Part shown: piece by piece, positions 16,997-24,420 of the stretch | Numbering within the stretch: position 1 is the first letter of the stretch | How the letters are laid out: each line of letters opens with the position of its first letter | Assembly: GCA_900234795.1 (NCBI GenBank) | Contig: LT962688.1 | Coordinates: 1,830,001 to 1,862,000, forward strand | Source of the DNA: Methylorubrum extorquens | Lineage (GTDB): Bacteria > Pseudomonadota > Alphaproteobacteria > Rhizobiales > Beijerinckiaceae | Direction: 5' to 3' | DNA: 32,000 nucleotides | Position numbers and translations under genes: made by a program | The notes under the pieces: model-generated | The model's input: only the letters and a program-made list of their open reading frames with translations | The model's database searches: none | What the model was told of the DNA's origin: nothing

Positions 16997-19741
16997 TCAG
17001 GCTTGGCCGTCGTGCTTCCGCATGCCTGCGACCATCGTCCCGAGTTGGACGAGCAGGAGCGGCGTGAGGCTGGCTGTGAGGATCAACACCCACATGCCCA
17101 GGTCGGGTGAGACCAGGCCCAGCACGGCACCGACTGATGGCGCGTAAGCCGGTCCGACGAGCAGCACCGTGCACAGGAGCAGTGCCGCCCAGACCCACGG
17201 GTTGCGCGTAACCTCGTTGCGGAAGGGCTGCGAGCCGGAGGCCCGCATGTTGAACACCTGCCAGAGCTGGGCGAAGGCGAGGGTCAGAAAGGTGACCGTC
17301 ACGACGGATGCGCGGTCGAGGGTGAGCCAGAACTCGCCAACGAGTAGGGCCGCGAAGGTCGCCGCTGTCATGGCGGCTGCGTGCAGGGCGATCCGGACCC
17401 ATTGCGGGCGACCGAGGATAGGCTCCCTCGGGTCGCGCGGCGGCCGTTGCAGGATGTCGTCCCGTCCTTCCCCCATCGCCAGCGCGAAGGCCGGGAACAC
17501 GTCGGTGACGAGGTTGAGGTAAAGGATCTGCAACGGCAGGATAGGCAGCGGTAGCGCCGACAAGACCGCGAGTCCCACAACCATTACCTCACTCAGGTTG
17601 CAGGCCAGAAGGTAGGCAGCGAAGCGGCGGATGTTGTCGAAGATGACCCGCCCCTCGCGGATCGCCCCTACGATGGTCGGGAAGGCGTCGTCGAGGAGAA
17701 CCATTGCGGCTGCCTCGCGCGCCACATCGGTGCCTCGTCGGCCCATCGCGACGCCGATATCCGCCTGCTTCAGGGCCGGGGCGTCGTTGACGCCGTCGCC
17801 GGTCATGGCAACGACGTCGCCTCTCTCCTGATACGCCCGGACCAGCGACAGCTTCTCGGCCGGGCTCACCCGCGCGAAAACCGCAACCCCTTGAAGGCCG
17901 TCCGCAGCTTCGTCGACAGTTCCGCCCTCCATGACCCGGTCGTCGGGGCGGGCGATCCCGACCGCGTGGGCAATGCTGCGGGCCGTGACGGCGTGGTCGC
18001 CGGTGACCATGACGACGCGGATACCCGCGTCCCGGCAGGCCGCCACCGCCTCCGGCACGTCCTCCCGGGCGGGGTCCTCCAGTCCAATCAGACCGAGGAA
18101 CGTGAGCTCCTCGAAGGGATGGATTCCGGCCTTGTCTACCCTTCTGTCGGCGCAGGCGATGACCCGCAAGCCCAGCGTGCCCAGCTCCTCGACGCGGCGT
18201 CGCCAAAGGTCGCGGCCGACCTCGTCGAGCGGCCGGTCGCGCTCACCGTCGTCCACGTGCCACGAGGCCGCGAGCACCGCCTCAGGGGCACCCTTGACCG
18301 CGATGAGATAGCCCCGCCCGGACGCGTGGACCGTGGCCATCATGCGGGTACCCGCGTCGAAGGCATGCTTCCGCACGAGAGGCTGGTCGCGCAGAAGTGA
18401 CGCGCGCTCCAACCCGGCCGTCCTGCCTGCCCGTAGCAGCGCCTGCTCCATTGGATCGCCGCTCCCCTGTCCGGGACCCTGCCCGAGGAAGGCGTCGTTA
18501 CAGAGCACCGCGACGCGGAGCAGCCGTTCGGACCCGGAAGCGGTGTCCGAAAATCCCTCGGCCAGAGCCTGTTCACCGGACGGCATCGACAATCGTCTCA
18601 CCGTCATCCGGTTCTCGGTGAGCGTGCCCGTCTTGTCCGTCAGGATGACCGTGGTTGCACCGAGCGTCTCGACGGCGGAGAGGCGCTCGATCAGTGCGTT
18701 CCTGCGCGCCATCCGCCACATCCCGCGAGCGAGCGTCAGGGTCGCAACGATGGGCAAGCCTTCCGGAATGGCCGCGACCGCCAAAGCGATGCTGGCCTCC
18801 GTCATGAGGCGGAGGTCCTTGCCAGTCGCCACGCCGAGGCCCGCGAGCAAGACGGTCATCGTCAGGACGACCCAGACCATCTGGCCGGACAGGCGTTCCA
18901 GACGGCGCTCCAAGGGCGATCTTTCAGGCTCCGCCTGCTCAACGAGATGCGAGATGCCACCGAGCTCGGTTCCCGAGCCGGTCGCGACGACGACGCCCGT
19001 GCCGCTGCCGCGGGTGACCAGCGTACCCCGGAACAGCATCGACGAACGCTCGGCGAGGTGAGCGTCCGCAGCGACCGGGTCCGCAGACTTCTCCGCCGGT
19101 ACGGACTCGCCCGTAAGGGCGGACTCGCCCGCGCCCAGGTTGGACGCCTCGACCAGCCGGATATCGGCTGGGACGGCATCGCCGCCCTCGATCAGCACGA
19201 CGTCGCCCGGGACGAGCTCCTCGGCGGCAAGCACCCGGACGTGCCCGTCGCGACGTACGCGGGCCGAGCGCGTCCCGAGCGCCCGCAATCCCTCGACGGA
19301 CCTGACCGCCCGCAGCTCAGTGAAGAAGCCCAACCCGGTGTTGACGACCAGGACGGCGACGACCGCGGTCGCCTCTTGCCAATCGCCGAAGTAGAGCGAC
19401 AGCGCACCGGCCGCTGCCAGCAGATAGACGATGGGGCTCGCAAGCTGGTGCACGAGCAGGACGTGCGCGCGGGCTCGCTCCTTCGTGGCGATCAGGTTCG
19501 GGCCGAAGCGCGCGAGCCGTCCCCGGGCCTCCGCGTCCGGCAGGCCCCCGTGGAGGGAGGTTCCGAGACGCCTCAGTACGGTCCCGGCGGCCAGTGCATG
19601 GGAATCCTCAGTCCAGGCCAGGGTGTTGCCGAACACCGTGTGCGAGTCGAGCCCTGCCGGTTCGATCCCCTGCGAACCGTCGAGCGCCGCGGTTCGCTCG
19701 CGTACTGGCTGCTGAACCTGATGAACTTGATCGCTCGCCAT
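16997..19741 (-). CDS. Cation-transporting P-type ATPase, P2 type (Ca2+/Mg2+-ATPase-like; 914 aa)
   Basis: Motifs: TGES (LTGESVP), the TM4 motif AAIPEGLPIV, DKTGTLTENRM, MVTGDH and TGDGVNDAPALKQADIGVAMG. About 10 predicted TM segments. Confidence 0.92.
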   Translation of the reverse strand: MASDQVHQVQQPVRERTAALDGSQGIEPAGLDSHTVFGNTLAWTEDSHALAAGTVLRRLGTSLHGGLPDAEARGRLARFGPNLIATKERARAHVLLVHQLASPIVYLLAAAGALSLYFGDWQEATAVVAVLVVNTGLGFFTELRAVRSVEGLRALGTRSARVRRDGHVRVLAAEELVPGDVVLIEGGDAVPADIRLVEASNLGAGESALTGESVPAEKSADPVAADAHLAERSSMLFRGTLVTRGSGTGVVVATGSGTELGGISHLVEQAEPERSPLERRLERLSGQMVWVVLTMTVLLAGLGVATGKDLRLMTEASIALAVAAIPEGLPIVATLTLARGMWRMARRNALIERLSAVETLGATTVILTDKTGTLTENRMTVRRLSMPSGEQALAEGFSDTASGSERLLRVAVLCNDAFLGQGPGQGSGDPMEQALLRAGRTAGLERASLLRDQPLVRKHAFDAGTRMMATVHASGRGYLIAVKGAPEAVLAASWHVDDGERDRPLDEVGRDLWRRRVEELGTLGLRVIACADRRVDKAGIHPFEELTFLGLIGLEDPAREDVPEAVAACRDAGIRVVMVTGDHAVTARSIAHAVGIARPDDRVMEGGTVDEAADGLQGVAVFARVSPAEKLSLVRAYQERGDVVAMTGDGVNDAPALKQADIGVAMGRRGTDVAREAAAMVLLDDAFPTIVGAIREGRVIFDNIRRFAAYLLACNLSEVMVVGLAVLSALPLPILPLQILYLNLVTDVFPAFALAMGEGRDDILQRPPRDPREPILGRPQWVRIALHAAAMTAATFAALLVGEFWLTLDRASVVTVTFLTLAFAQLWQVFNMRASGSQPFRNEVTRNPWVWAALLLCTVLLVGPAYAPSVGAVLGLVSPDLGMWVLILTASLTPLLLVQLGTMVAGMRKHDGQA

Positions 19742-19842
19742 CCGATTACCCAGTTCGACGCGCTCCCAACGAAACCAGACGGCGGCGAAGCGGGTCAGGG
19801 GATGAGTGCAGGTTCATCCTGCCTGCTGCCGACCTCGTTGCC

Positions 19843-19856
19843 TTGATCCATCACAA
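19843..19856 (-). promoter_or_regulatory. FixK/FNR-type box F (TTGATCCATCACAA)
   Basis: The proximal edge lies 102 nt upstream of the ATPase start at 19741. Read toward the gene, the sequence is TTGTGATGGATCAAGG. Confidence 0.65.
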
Positions 19857-19869
19857 AGTGGACGAGGCG

Positions 19870-20097
19870 TCAGTCGAGGTGTGGACGACGGCTCGCAACC
19901 TCGGCCGCCGCGACAAGGTCGATGGACCTGTCCGTGCGTGACGCGATGCTTGCACCGAGCAGGTGCACCAAGCCGGTCAGCATCAGGATCAGGACGACGG
20001 CGACGTCGTCCGCACGTTCGCGGCGGCTATGGATCACCATGCAGCCTGCCGTGAAACCAGCCGCCAGGACGAGGCTCAGCGCGCCCGGGTACATCAT
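19870..20097 (-). CDS. Small membrane protein (75 aa)
   Basis: Its start overlaps the stop of the upstream gene (CAATGATG). The product has two hydrophobic segments (MMYPGALSLVLAAGFTAGCMVI...VAVVLILMLTGLVHLLGASI). Confidence 0.5.
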   Translation of the reverse strand: MMYPGALSLVLAAGFTAGCMVIHSRRERADDVAVVLILMLTGLVHLLGASIASRTDRSIDLVAAAEVASRRPHLD

Positions 20098-20489
20098 TGA
20101 CCGCGCAGCCGGTCGATGCCAGCCGCGTTCGGGCAGAACTCCGGGTAGGCGGCGGTCCCGGCCCAGAGCTCTCTGGCGCAGCGGCTGCGCTCCGTGCAGC
20201 GCAGGCAGGCAGTTTCAAGCTCGCGCATGGTTTCCGGGTCGCGCCGTCGGATGGCCTCCGGGTCGAGGTTCAGGCTTCGCATCAGGTTCACGAGGCTGCG
20301 GAGCTTTACGCCGGCTTCCGGGCTGAGGGATGCGGGACCGGTCGCGTTTGCCTCCAGCATCGTCTCCATCATCTCCTCGTCGACGTCCTTGAGCTCGCGC
20401 GCCGCCTTCACCAGGCAGCACCATTCGTTCATCGAGGCGGCGATGCCGAAGGGGTCGAAGGTGTCGGGTTTGTCTGCATGTGCGGCCAT
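20094..20489 (-). CDS. Hypothetical Cys-containing protein (131 aa); possibly DUF6455-like
   Basis: An internal ATG at 20489 has GGAGG 6 nt upstream. The C-terminal half (LMRSLNLDPEAIRRRDPETMRELETACLRCTERSRCARELWAG) recalls small proteins annotated DUF6455. That family call rests on memory only. Confidence 0.55.
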   Translation of the reverse strand: MAAHADKPDTFDPFGIAASMNEWCCLVKAARELKDVDEEMMETMLEANATGPASLSPEAGVKLRSLVNLMRSLNLDPEAIRRRDPETMRELETACLRCTERSRCARELWAGTAAYPEFCPNAAGIDRLRGQ

Positions 20490-20590
20490 GGCGACCTCCG
20501 ATGGAGCCCAGTGACCTCGGCGGGATCGGACATCGCGAGCGCCGGGCTGCCGGGCATGTCGGAAGGGTGTCACCGTCGTCAGGTAGGGCC

Positions 20591-20604
20591 ATGATCTGGA
20601 TCAA
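20591..20604 (-). promoter_or_regulatory. FixK/FNR-type box G (ATGATCTGGATCAA; one mismatch)
   Basis: The proximal edge lies 102 nt upstream of start 20489. The box overlaps the terminal TGA (20601-20603) of the pta-like remnant. Confidence 0.55.
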
Positions 20605-20870
20605 GTCCCGAGCTTCGCGGCTCGGTAGTGCGCGAGGATCTGCGCCATGGCGCAGGACGCCACCCCGGACCGTTCGCCATCGGACCGGCTGGTCAGGACG
20701 ATGGGTACGCGCGCACCGAGGATCAGGCTGGCGGCCTAGGCGCCGGCGAGGTGCACCAATTGCTTCGCGAGCATGTTCCCGGACACGAGGTCCGGGACGA
20801 CCAGCACGTCGGCGTCGCCCGGGACCGACGAAACGATGCACGTGGTCACCGCCGCCAGCCCGGTCCGGAT
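20601..20870 (-). pseudogene. Remnant (last ~90 codons) of a phosphate acetyl/butyryl-transferase (Pta/Ptb family) gene with an in-frame TAG
   Basis: The minus-strand translation is ...SSVPGDADVLVVPDLVSGNMLAKQLVHLAGA*AASLILGARVPIVLTSRSDGERSGVASCAMAQILA...*. This follows the conserved Pta/Ptb C-terminal pattern (PD-x-x-GN-x-x-K, P-[IV]-[IV]-LTSR-x-D). TAG is at 20736-20738. No N-terminal ~230 codons are present. The upper boundary is approximate. Confidence 0.65.
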
Positions 20871-21160
20871 CGACTCTCGGGCTTGGTCCTGGACCTGCGC
20901 GGAAATCCGGGCGGCTAGGTGGTCGCCGTGGCCGGCGCACTCTTCGGCCGCGGCGAGATCGTGCGCCTCGTCGGCCGCGGCCCCGACAACGTCGAGCGGT
21001 TCGCGCCGGACCGGGCGGGCGCCGGCGTGGTCGACGGCGTTCCCATGGTCGTGCTCGTCAACGGCGACACGGCCTCCGCGGCCGAGATCGTGGCTAGCGC
21101 ACTCCAGGACCACGACGCGCAACCGTCATCGGCTCCCGCACCTACGGCAAGGGAGCGACA
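20865..21160 (+). pseudogene. Internal remnant of an S41 (C-terminal processing, CtpA-like) peptidase gene with an in-frame TAG and a frameshift
   Basis: The translation is ...GLVLDLRGNPGG*VVAVAGALFGRGEIVRLVGRG...VPMVVLVNGDTASAAEIVASALQDHD. After a 1-nt frame change near 21114-21117 it continues RATVIGSRTYGKG. These are the S41 signature blocks (LDLR-x-NPGG, VL-[IV]-N-x-x-[ST]ASA-[SA]EI). TAG is at 20916-20918. Both ends of the gene are missing. Confidence 0.7.
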
Positions 21161-21279
21161 CGGCCAGCGCGATGAGCCAGTCGCCCCAGGGCAGGATCAC
21201 AGACTTGTCGCCGACGGTGGCAAGAATGCCCGATGCGACGCGGGCCAGGCCCGCGACAGCCTCGAAGTGGAGCCCTGCC

Positions 21280-21624
21280 ATGACCACGTTCGACGAACGC
21301 AAACAGGCCTTCGAGCACCGTTTCGTCCACGAGGAGGAGCAGCGCTTCCGCGTGCGTACCCGGCGCAACCTGTTGCTGGCGACCTGGGCTTGCGAGCGCA
21401 TGCGGCTCCATGGGGACGCGGCCCAACGATTCGTCGAGGACTTCACCGACCGGGGCGTCCTGACGGCCGACGAGCGTCTCCTCGCCGAGCTCCATGCGGA
21501 CCTTGTGTCGGCGGGTGTCGAGGAGACGCTGCCTGCGTTGCGCAGGGAGATGGAGCGATGCGCCGCGCTCGCTCGGGCCGAGCAACGCGTCGGGCTTGCG
21601 CTGGATCAAGGCTCCTCCGCCTGA
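21280..21624 (+). CDS. ATPase inhibitor subunit zeta homologue (DUF1476 family; 114 aa)
   Basis: MTTFDERKQAFEHRFVHEEEQRFRVRTRRNLLLATWACE... parallels the Paracoccus zeta subunit N-terminus as I remember it (MTTFDDRERAHEAKFAHDAELNFKAEARRNRLLGEWAA...). Confidence 0.78.
   Translation: MTTFDERKQAFEHRFVHEEEQRFRVRTRRNLLLATWACERMRLHGDAAQRFVEDFTDRGVLTADERLLAELHADLVSAGVEETLPALRREMERCAALARAEQRVGLALDQGSSA
21596..21609 (+). promoter_or_regulatory. FixK/FNR-type box H (TTGCGCTGGATCAA)
   Basis: It lies inside the last 10 codons of the zeta-like ORF and 68 nt upstream of ATG 21677 of the BON gene. It carries the extended TGGATCAAGG. Confidence 0.75.
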
Positions 21625-21676
21625 GGCGCGCACATTCGGCACTGCCTGGACCAAGGCAGGAACCCGGAGGGACGCC

Positions 21677-22327
21677 ATGACTGACAAGGATCTGCGCCGC
21701 GACGTGCTCGACGAGCTCGACTTCGACCCCAGCCTCGACGCGGCCGAGATCGGTGTCGCCGTCTCGGACGGGGTCGTCACCCTAACCGGCCACGTCGGCA
21801 GCTACGCCGAGAAGGTCGAGGCCGAGAACGCCGTCCGCCGCGTGAAGGGCGTGCGCGCCATCGCTCAGGACATCCAGGTGCGCTACCCCGAAGCCAAGAA
21901 GATCGAGGACGATCAGATTGCCGCGCGGGCGCTGGCCATCATCGACTGGTCGGTGCACCTCCCGAAAGAGGCCATCCAGGTCAAGGTCGCGAATGGCTGG
22001 ATCACGCTCACCGGCGTGGTGCCCTGGCAGTATCAGGCGATAATGGCCGAGGCGGCCGTGAGGAAGCTGTCCGGCGTCGTCGGCGTGTCGAACGTGATCG
22101 AGATCCGGCCCGAGGTTCGGCCGACCCAGGTCAAGGACAAGATCCTGGAGGCGTTCAAGCGCAGCGCGATGTTCGAGGCGGACGGGATCAAGGTCAGCGT
22201 GGAGGGCGATCGGGTCACGCTCGAAGGCGCCGTGACGGCCTGGACCGAGCGTGAAGCCGCCGAGCGTGCGGCTTGGTCGGTGCCGGGCGTGCGCACCGTC
22301 GTGGATCACATCGTCGCCCTGAGCTGA
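21677..22327 (+). CDS. BON-domain (OsmY-like) protein (216 aa), no signal peptide
   Basis: GGAGGG lies ~5 nt before the ATG. Three BON-like repeats are present (VAVSDGVVTLTGHVGSYAEKVEAENAVRRVKGV; VKVANGWITLTGVVPWQYQAIMAEAAVRKLSGV; VSVEGDRVTLEGAVTAWTEREAAERAAWSVPGV). Confidence 0.88.
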   Translation: MTDKDLRRDVLDELDFDPSLDAAEIGVAVSDGVVTLTGHVGSYAEKVEAENAVRRVKGVRAIAQDIQVRYPEAKKIEDDQIAARALAIIDWSVHLPKEAIQVKVANGWITLTGVVPWQYQAIMAEAAVRKLSGVVGVSNVIEIRPEVRPTQVKDKILEAFKRSAMFEADGIKVSVEGDRVTLEGAVTAWTEREAAERAAWSVPGVRTVVDHIVALS

Positions 22328-22338
22328 GGAGGCTTGCC

Positions 22339-22827
22339 ATGTCCCATGGAACGCACGGGATCGATGAAGTCGCTCCCGGTCTCACGCGGCGTCCCAGGAA
22401 ACCCGGCGCCCTGTCCGGGCTGCACCGTGTGACCCTGACGCTGGCGCGCTGTCCCGAGCATCCGCAGGGAAGTGCCGGGCGGGGCTACGACATCGTGGCG
22501 CCGCTCAGGCCCGACGGCCACCTCGACGCGGCGCTCTGGCACGAGACGCGTGACCGTTGCCGCGTGCGGCGCTTCTGGACCGGTGAGCCTGACCGCCGTG
22601 GTAGGCTCGTGCACCGCGCCGGCGGCGAGGGCGGCGCCACTTGGCTTATCGACTACGAGGACTGGACGAACGAGGACGACGAGGCCGGCTACCGCCTCGG
22701 TACGCACACCTTCGTCGAGGGCGAGTACGTCTCCATCCGCGAGGCGGGGGACGAGGAGTACCGCACGTTTCGGGTCGCCCGTGTCGGCGCGACGAATGCG
22801 GGTGGCCGAGGGGGAGTCTTTGCATGA
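22339..22827 (+). CDS. Hypothetical protein (162 aa)
   Basis: It starts 11 nt after the BON stop, and GAGGAGG lies 6 nt before the ATG. The sequence is protein-like (…RGYDIVAPLRPDGHLDAALWHETRDRCRVRRFWTGEPDRRGRLVHRAGGEGGATWLIDYEDW…EGEYVSIRE…). No family was recognised. Confidence 0.6.
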   Translation: MSHGTHGIDEVAPGLTRRPRKPGALSGLHRVTLTLARCPEHPQGSAGRGYDIVAPLRPDGHLDAALWHETRDRCRVRRFWTGEPDRRGRLVHRAGGEGGATWLIDYEDWTNEDDEAGYRLGTHTFVEGEYVSIREAGDEEYRTFRVARVGATNAGGRGGVFA

Positions 22828-23000
22828 CCTGCCGGTCCTTCTCGCCGCCGGTCGGGCCACCTCGCTCGGACCTGCCACTGCCCGATGCGGCTTGGCTCGA
22901 CCTTTGGCGCGCGTTTTGGCTCGACCTGCCGCAAGCCTGGGCCGACGAGATCGTCCGCTCCTTTAACAGATGCCTGCCGCCTGTCGGCGAAGGGCCGTAG
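22824..23000 (+). CDS. Possible small protein (58 aa)
   Basis: It has an ATGA start/stop overlap with the preceding gene. The product is MTCRSFSPPVGPPRSDLPLPDAAWLDLWRAFWLDLPQAWADEIVRSFNRCLPPVGEGP. Confidence 0.4.
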   Translation: MTCRSFSPPVGPPRSDLPLPDAAWLDLWRAFWLDLPQAWADEIVRSFNRCLPPVGEGP

Positions 23001-23049
23001 GCGGCAGGCACCTGACCGCCGGCTTGCACGGCCGGCGCCGCGCAGGACG

Positions 23050-23796
23050 TTAGCCTGATACGGCAGCCTGCTTCTCGACCACGGTCGTCTCGACGATGTC
23101 CGCGGGCTCGTACAGCCACCGGGCAAGGGCACCCGCGCCCATCGCGCCCGCGATGGGCGCCAACCAGAACAACCAGAGCTGCGCCATGTACTCGCCGCCC
23201 GCGATCAGGGCCGGACCCGTGCTGCGGGCCGGGTTGACCGAGGTGTTGGTCACCGGGATCGAGATGAGGTGGATCAGGACCAGCGCGAAGCCGATGGGGA
23301 TGCCAGCGAAGCCCACCGCGGCGCCCTTCGAGGTCGTCCCGATGATGATGAACAGGAAGAAGAACGTCGTCAGGAACTCGGTGACCAGGCAGGCGGCCAG
23401 GCCGTACTTGCCGGGGCTGAGGTCGCCATAGCCGTTCGAGGCGAAGCCGTTCGGGATCCAGCCCACCTTCCCCGAGGCGATGCCGTAGAGGGCGCCCGCC
23501 GCGAGAACGGCGCCGAACACCTGGGCCATGATGTAGGGGAGGACGTGCCGGGTGGCGCAGCGATGGCTCGACCACAGCCCCAGGGTGACGGCCGGGTTGA
23601 AGTGGCCGCCCGAGATGTGGCCGACAGCGTAGGCCATCGTGAGCACGGTGAGCCCGAAGGCGAACGCTACGCCCAGGAAGCCGATCCCGAGTTCGGGGAA
23701 TGCGGCGGATAGGACGGCGGCACCGCAGCCGCCGAAGGTCAGCCAGAAGGTGCCGAAGAACTCGGCGGTCGCCCGGCGCATCGTATCGTGATCCAT
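23050..23796 (-). CDS. aqpZ: Aquaporin Z (MIP family water channel)
   Basis: Two NPA boxes are present ([11 protein letters not shown] and [12 protein letters not shown]). Six hydrophobic helices. The N-terminus [19 protein letters not shown] is typical of AqpZ. GGAGG lies 9 nt before ATG 23796. Confidence 0.92.
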   Translation of the reverse strand: MDHDTMRRATAEFFGTFWLTFGGCGAAVLSAAFPELGIGFLGVAFAFGLTVLTMAYAVGHISGGHFNPAVTLGLWSSHRCATRHVLPYIMAQVFGAVLAAGALYGIASGKVGWIPNGFASNGYGDLSPGKYGLAACLVTEFLTTFFFLFIIIGTTSKGAAVGFAGIPIGFALVLIHLISIPVTNTSVNPARSTGPALIAGGEYMAQLWLFWLAPIAGAMGAGALARWLYEPADIVETTVVEKQAAVSG

Positions 23797-23838
23797 GGTG
23801 GTACCTCCGTTTGCTTGAGTGATTGCGGCTGCATCCCT

Positions 23839-24327
23839 TCAGGCTGCCTCGTTGTGTTGGGTCCGTACCGTCTCGGTGAAGGGGTCGAGCAGGCGCTCGA
23901 ACGTGCCGTCTCTGACCTGGCGCTGCGCGATGGACAGGGTTGGGATGCCGTCTCGCCCGCCGAGCTGCTCCATCCCGCGGAAGAACCGTGCCTGCGAGCC
24001 GCCGGAGCCGGACACGGCCACACCGCAGAGGAGCGGGACCTTGCCCGCCTGTCCCAGGTAGGTCCGCGCGGGCCCGGCGAGCTTGCCGGCCCAAACGGGG
24101 GAGCACAGGACGACGGCGCGGAACCGCCGCGGGTCGAGGCGCTGCCGGATCGGAGGGGTGGCGTTCCGGATCGAGTGCCAGATCCCCTTCATGAAGCCTA
24201 AGGGCCCGGCATAGGTGGTCAGGGCCTCGATGCTGTCGATCTCGGCCCCGAGCCGGGCTGCCAAAGCGTGGGCGACCGTCTCGGTGGTCCCCGTGCGCGA
24301 GTAGTAGACGACCAGGACATCCGTCAT
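23839..24327 (-). CDS. Flavodoxin-family protein (162 aa)
   Basis: An internal ATG at 24327 has AAGGAGG upstream. The N-terminal FMN-phosphate loop is VLVVYYSRTGTTETVA. Confidence 0.78.
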   Translation of the reverse strand: MTDVLVVYYSRTGTTETVAHALAARLGAEIDSIEALTTYAGPLGFMKGIWHSIRNATPPIRQRLDPRRFRAVVLCSPVWAGKLAGPARTYLGQAGKVPLLCGVAVSGSGGSQARFFRGMEQLGGRDGIPTLSIAQRQVRDGTFERLLDPFTETVRTQHNEAA

Positions 24328-24391
24328 CGCGTCCTCCTTGGGATGTTGTCTGGGCCGGTCTCGACTGTGGCCGCGGGCTGCATCCGCAACC

Positions 24392-24405
24392 TTGAGGCAG
24401 ATCAA
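24392..24405 (-). promoter_or_regulatory. FixK/FNR-type box M (TTGAGGCAGATCAA)
   Basis: The proximal edge lies 65 nt upstream of the flavodoxin start at 24327, and the box lies 16 nt downstream of the natural ackA stop (24421-24423). Confidence 0.7.
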
Positions 24406-24420
24406 GACCGTCCTGGCGGC

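Noticed and set aside
16890-17402. The N-terminal extension of the USP ORF, which would make a 457-aa protein.
   Set aside because: The extension overlaps the 3' end of the P-type ATPase gene and box E. It is Arg/Pro-rich. The internal ATG at 16889 has a good RBS and gives a protein exactly as long as its paralogue.
19746-19817. A 23-codon upstream ORF in the 102-nt leader of the P2 ATPase. It ends 4 nt before the ATPase ATG.
   Set aside because: Its ATG is only 26 nt from the box edge. That puts it upstream of the TSS expected for a class II-type promoter, so it would not be on the mRNA. It also lacks a convincing RBS.
21126-21281. A 51-codon minus-strand ORF (MAGLHFEAVAGLARVASGILATVGDKSVILPWGDWLIAL...) that could be a third gene remnant or a small gene divergent from the zeta-like gene.
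   Set aside because: I recognised no family, and no RBS is present. It overlaps the tail of the S41 remnant, and its ATG overlaps the zeta-like ATG (CATG). The evidence is too thin to annotate.
23017-23037. GC hairpins in convergent gaps. One is CGCCGGC/GCCGGCG at 23017-23037. The other is GCCGCGGGG/CCCCGCGGC at 2352-2390.
   Set aside because: Neither has a flanking T-run, and the second has a 21-nt loop. In DNA this GC-rich, such stems arise easily. I did not call them terminators.
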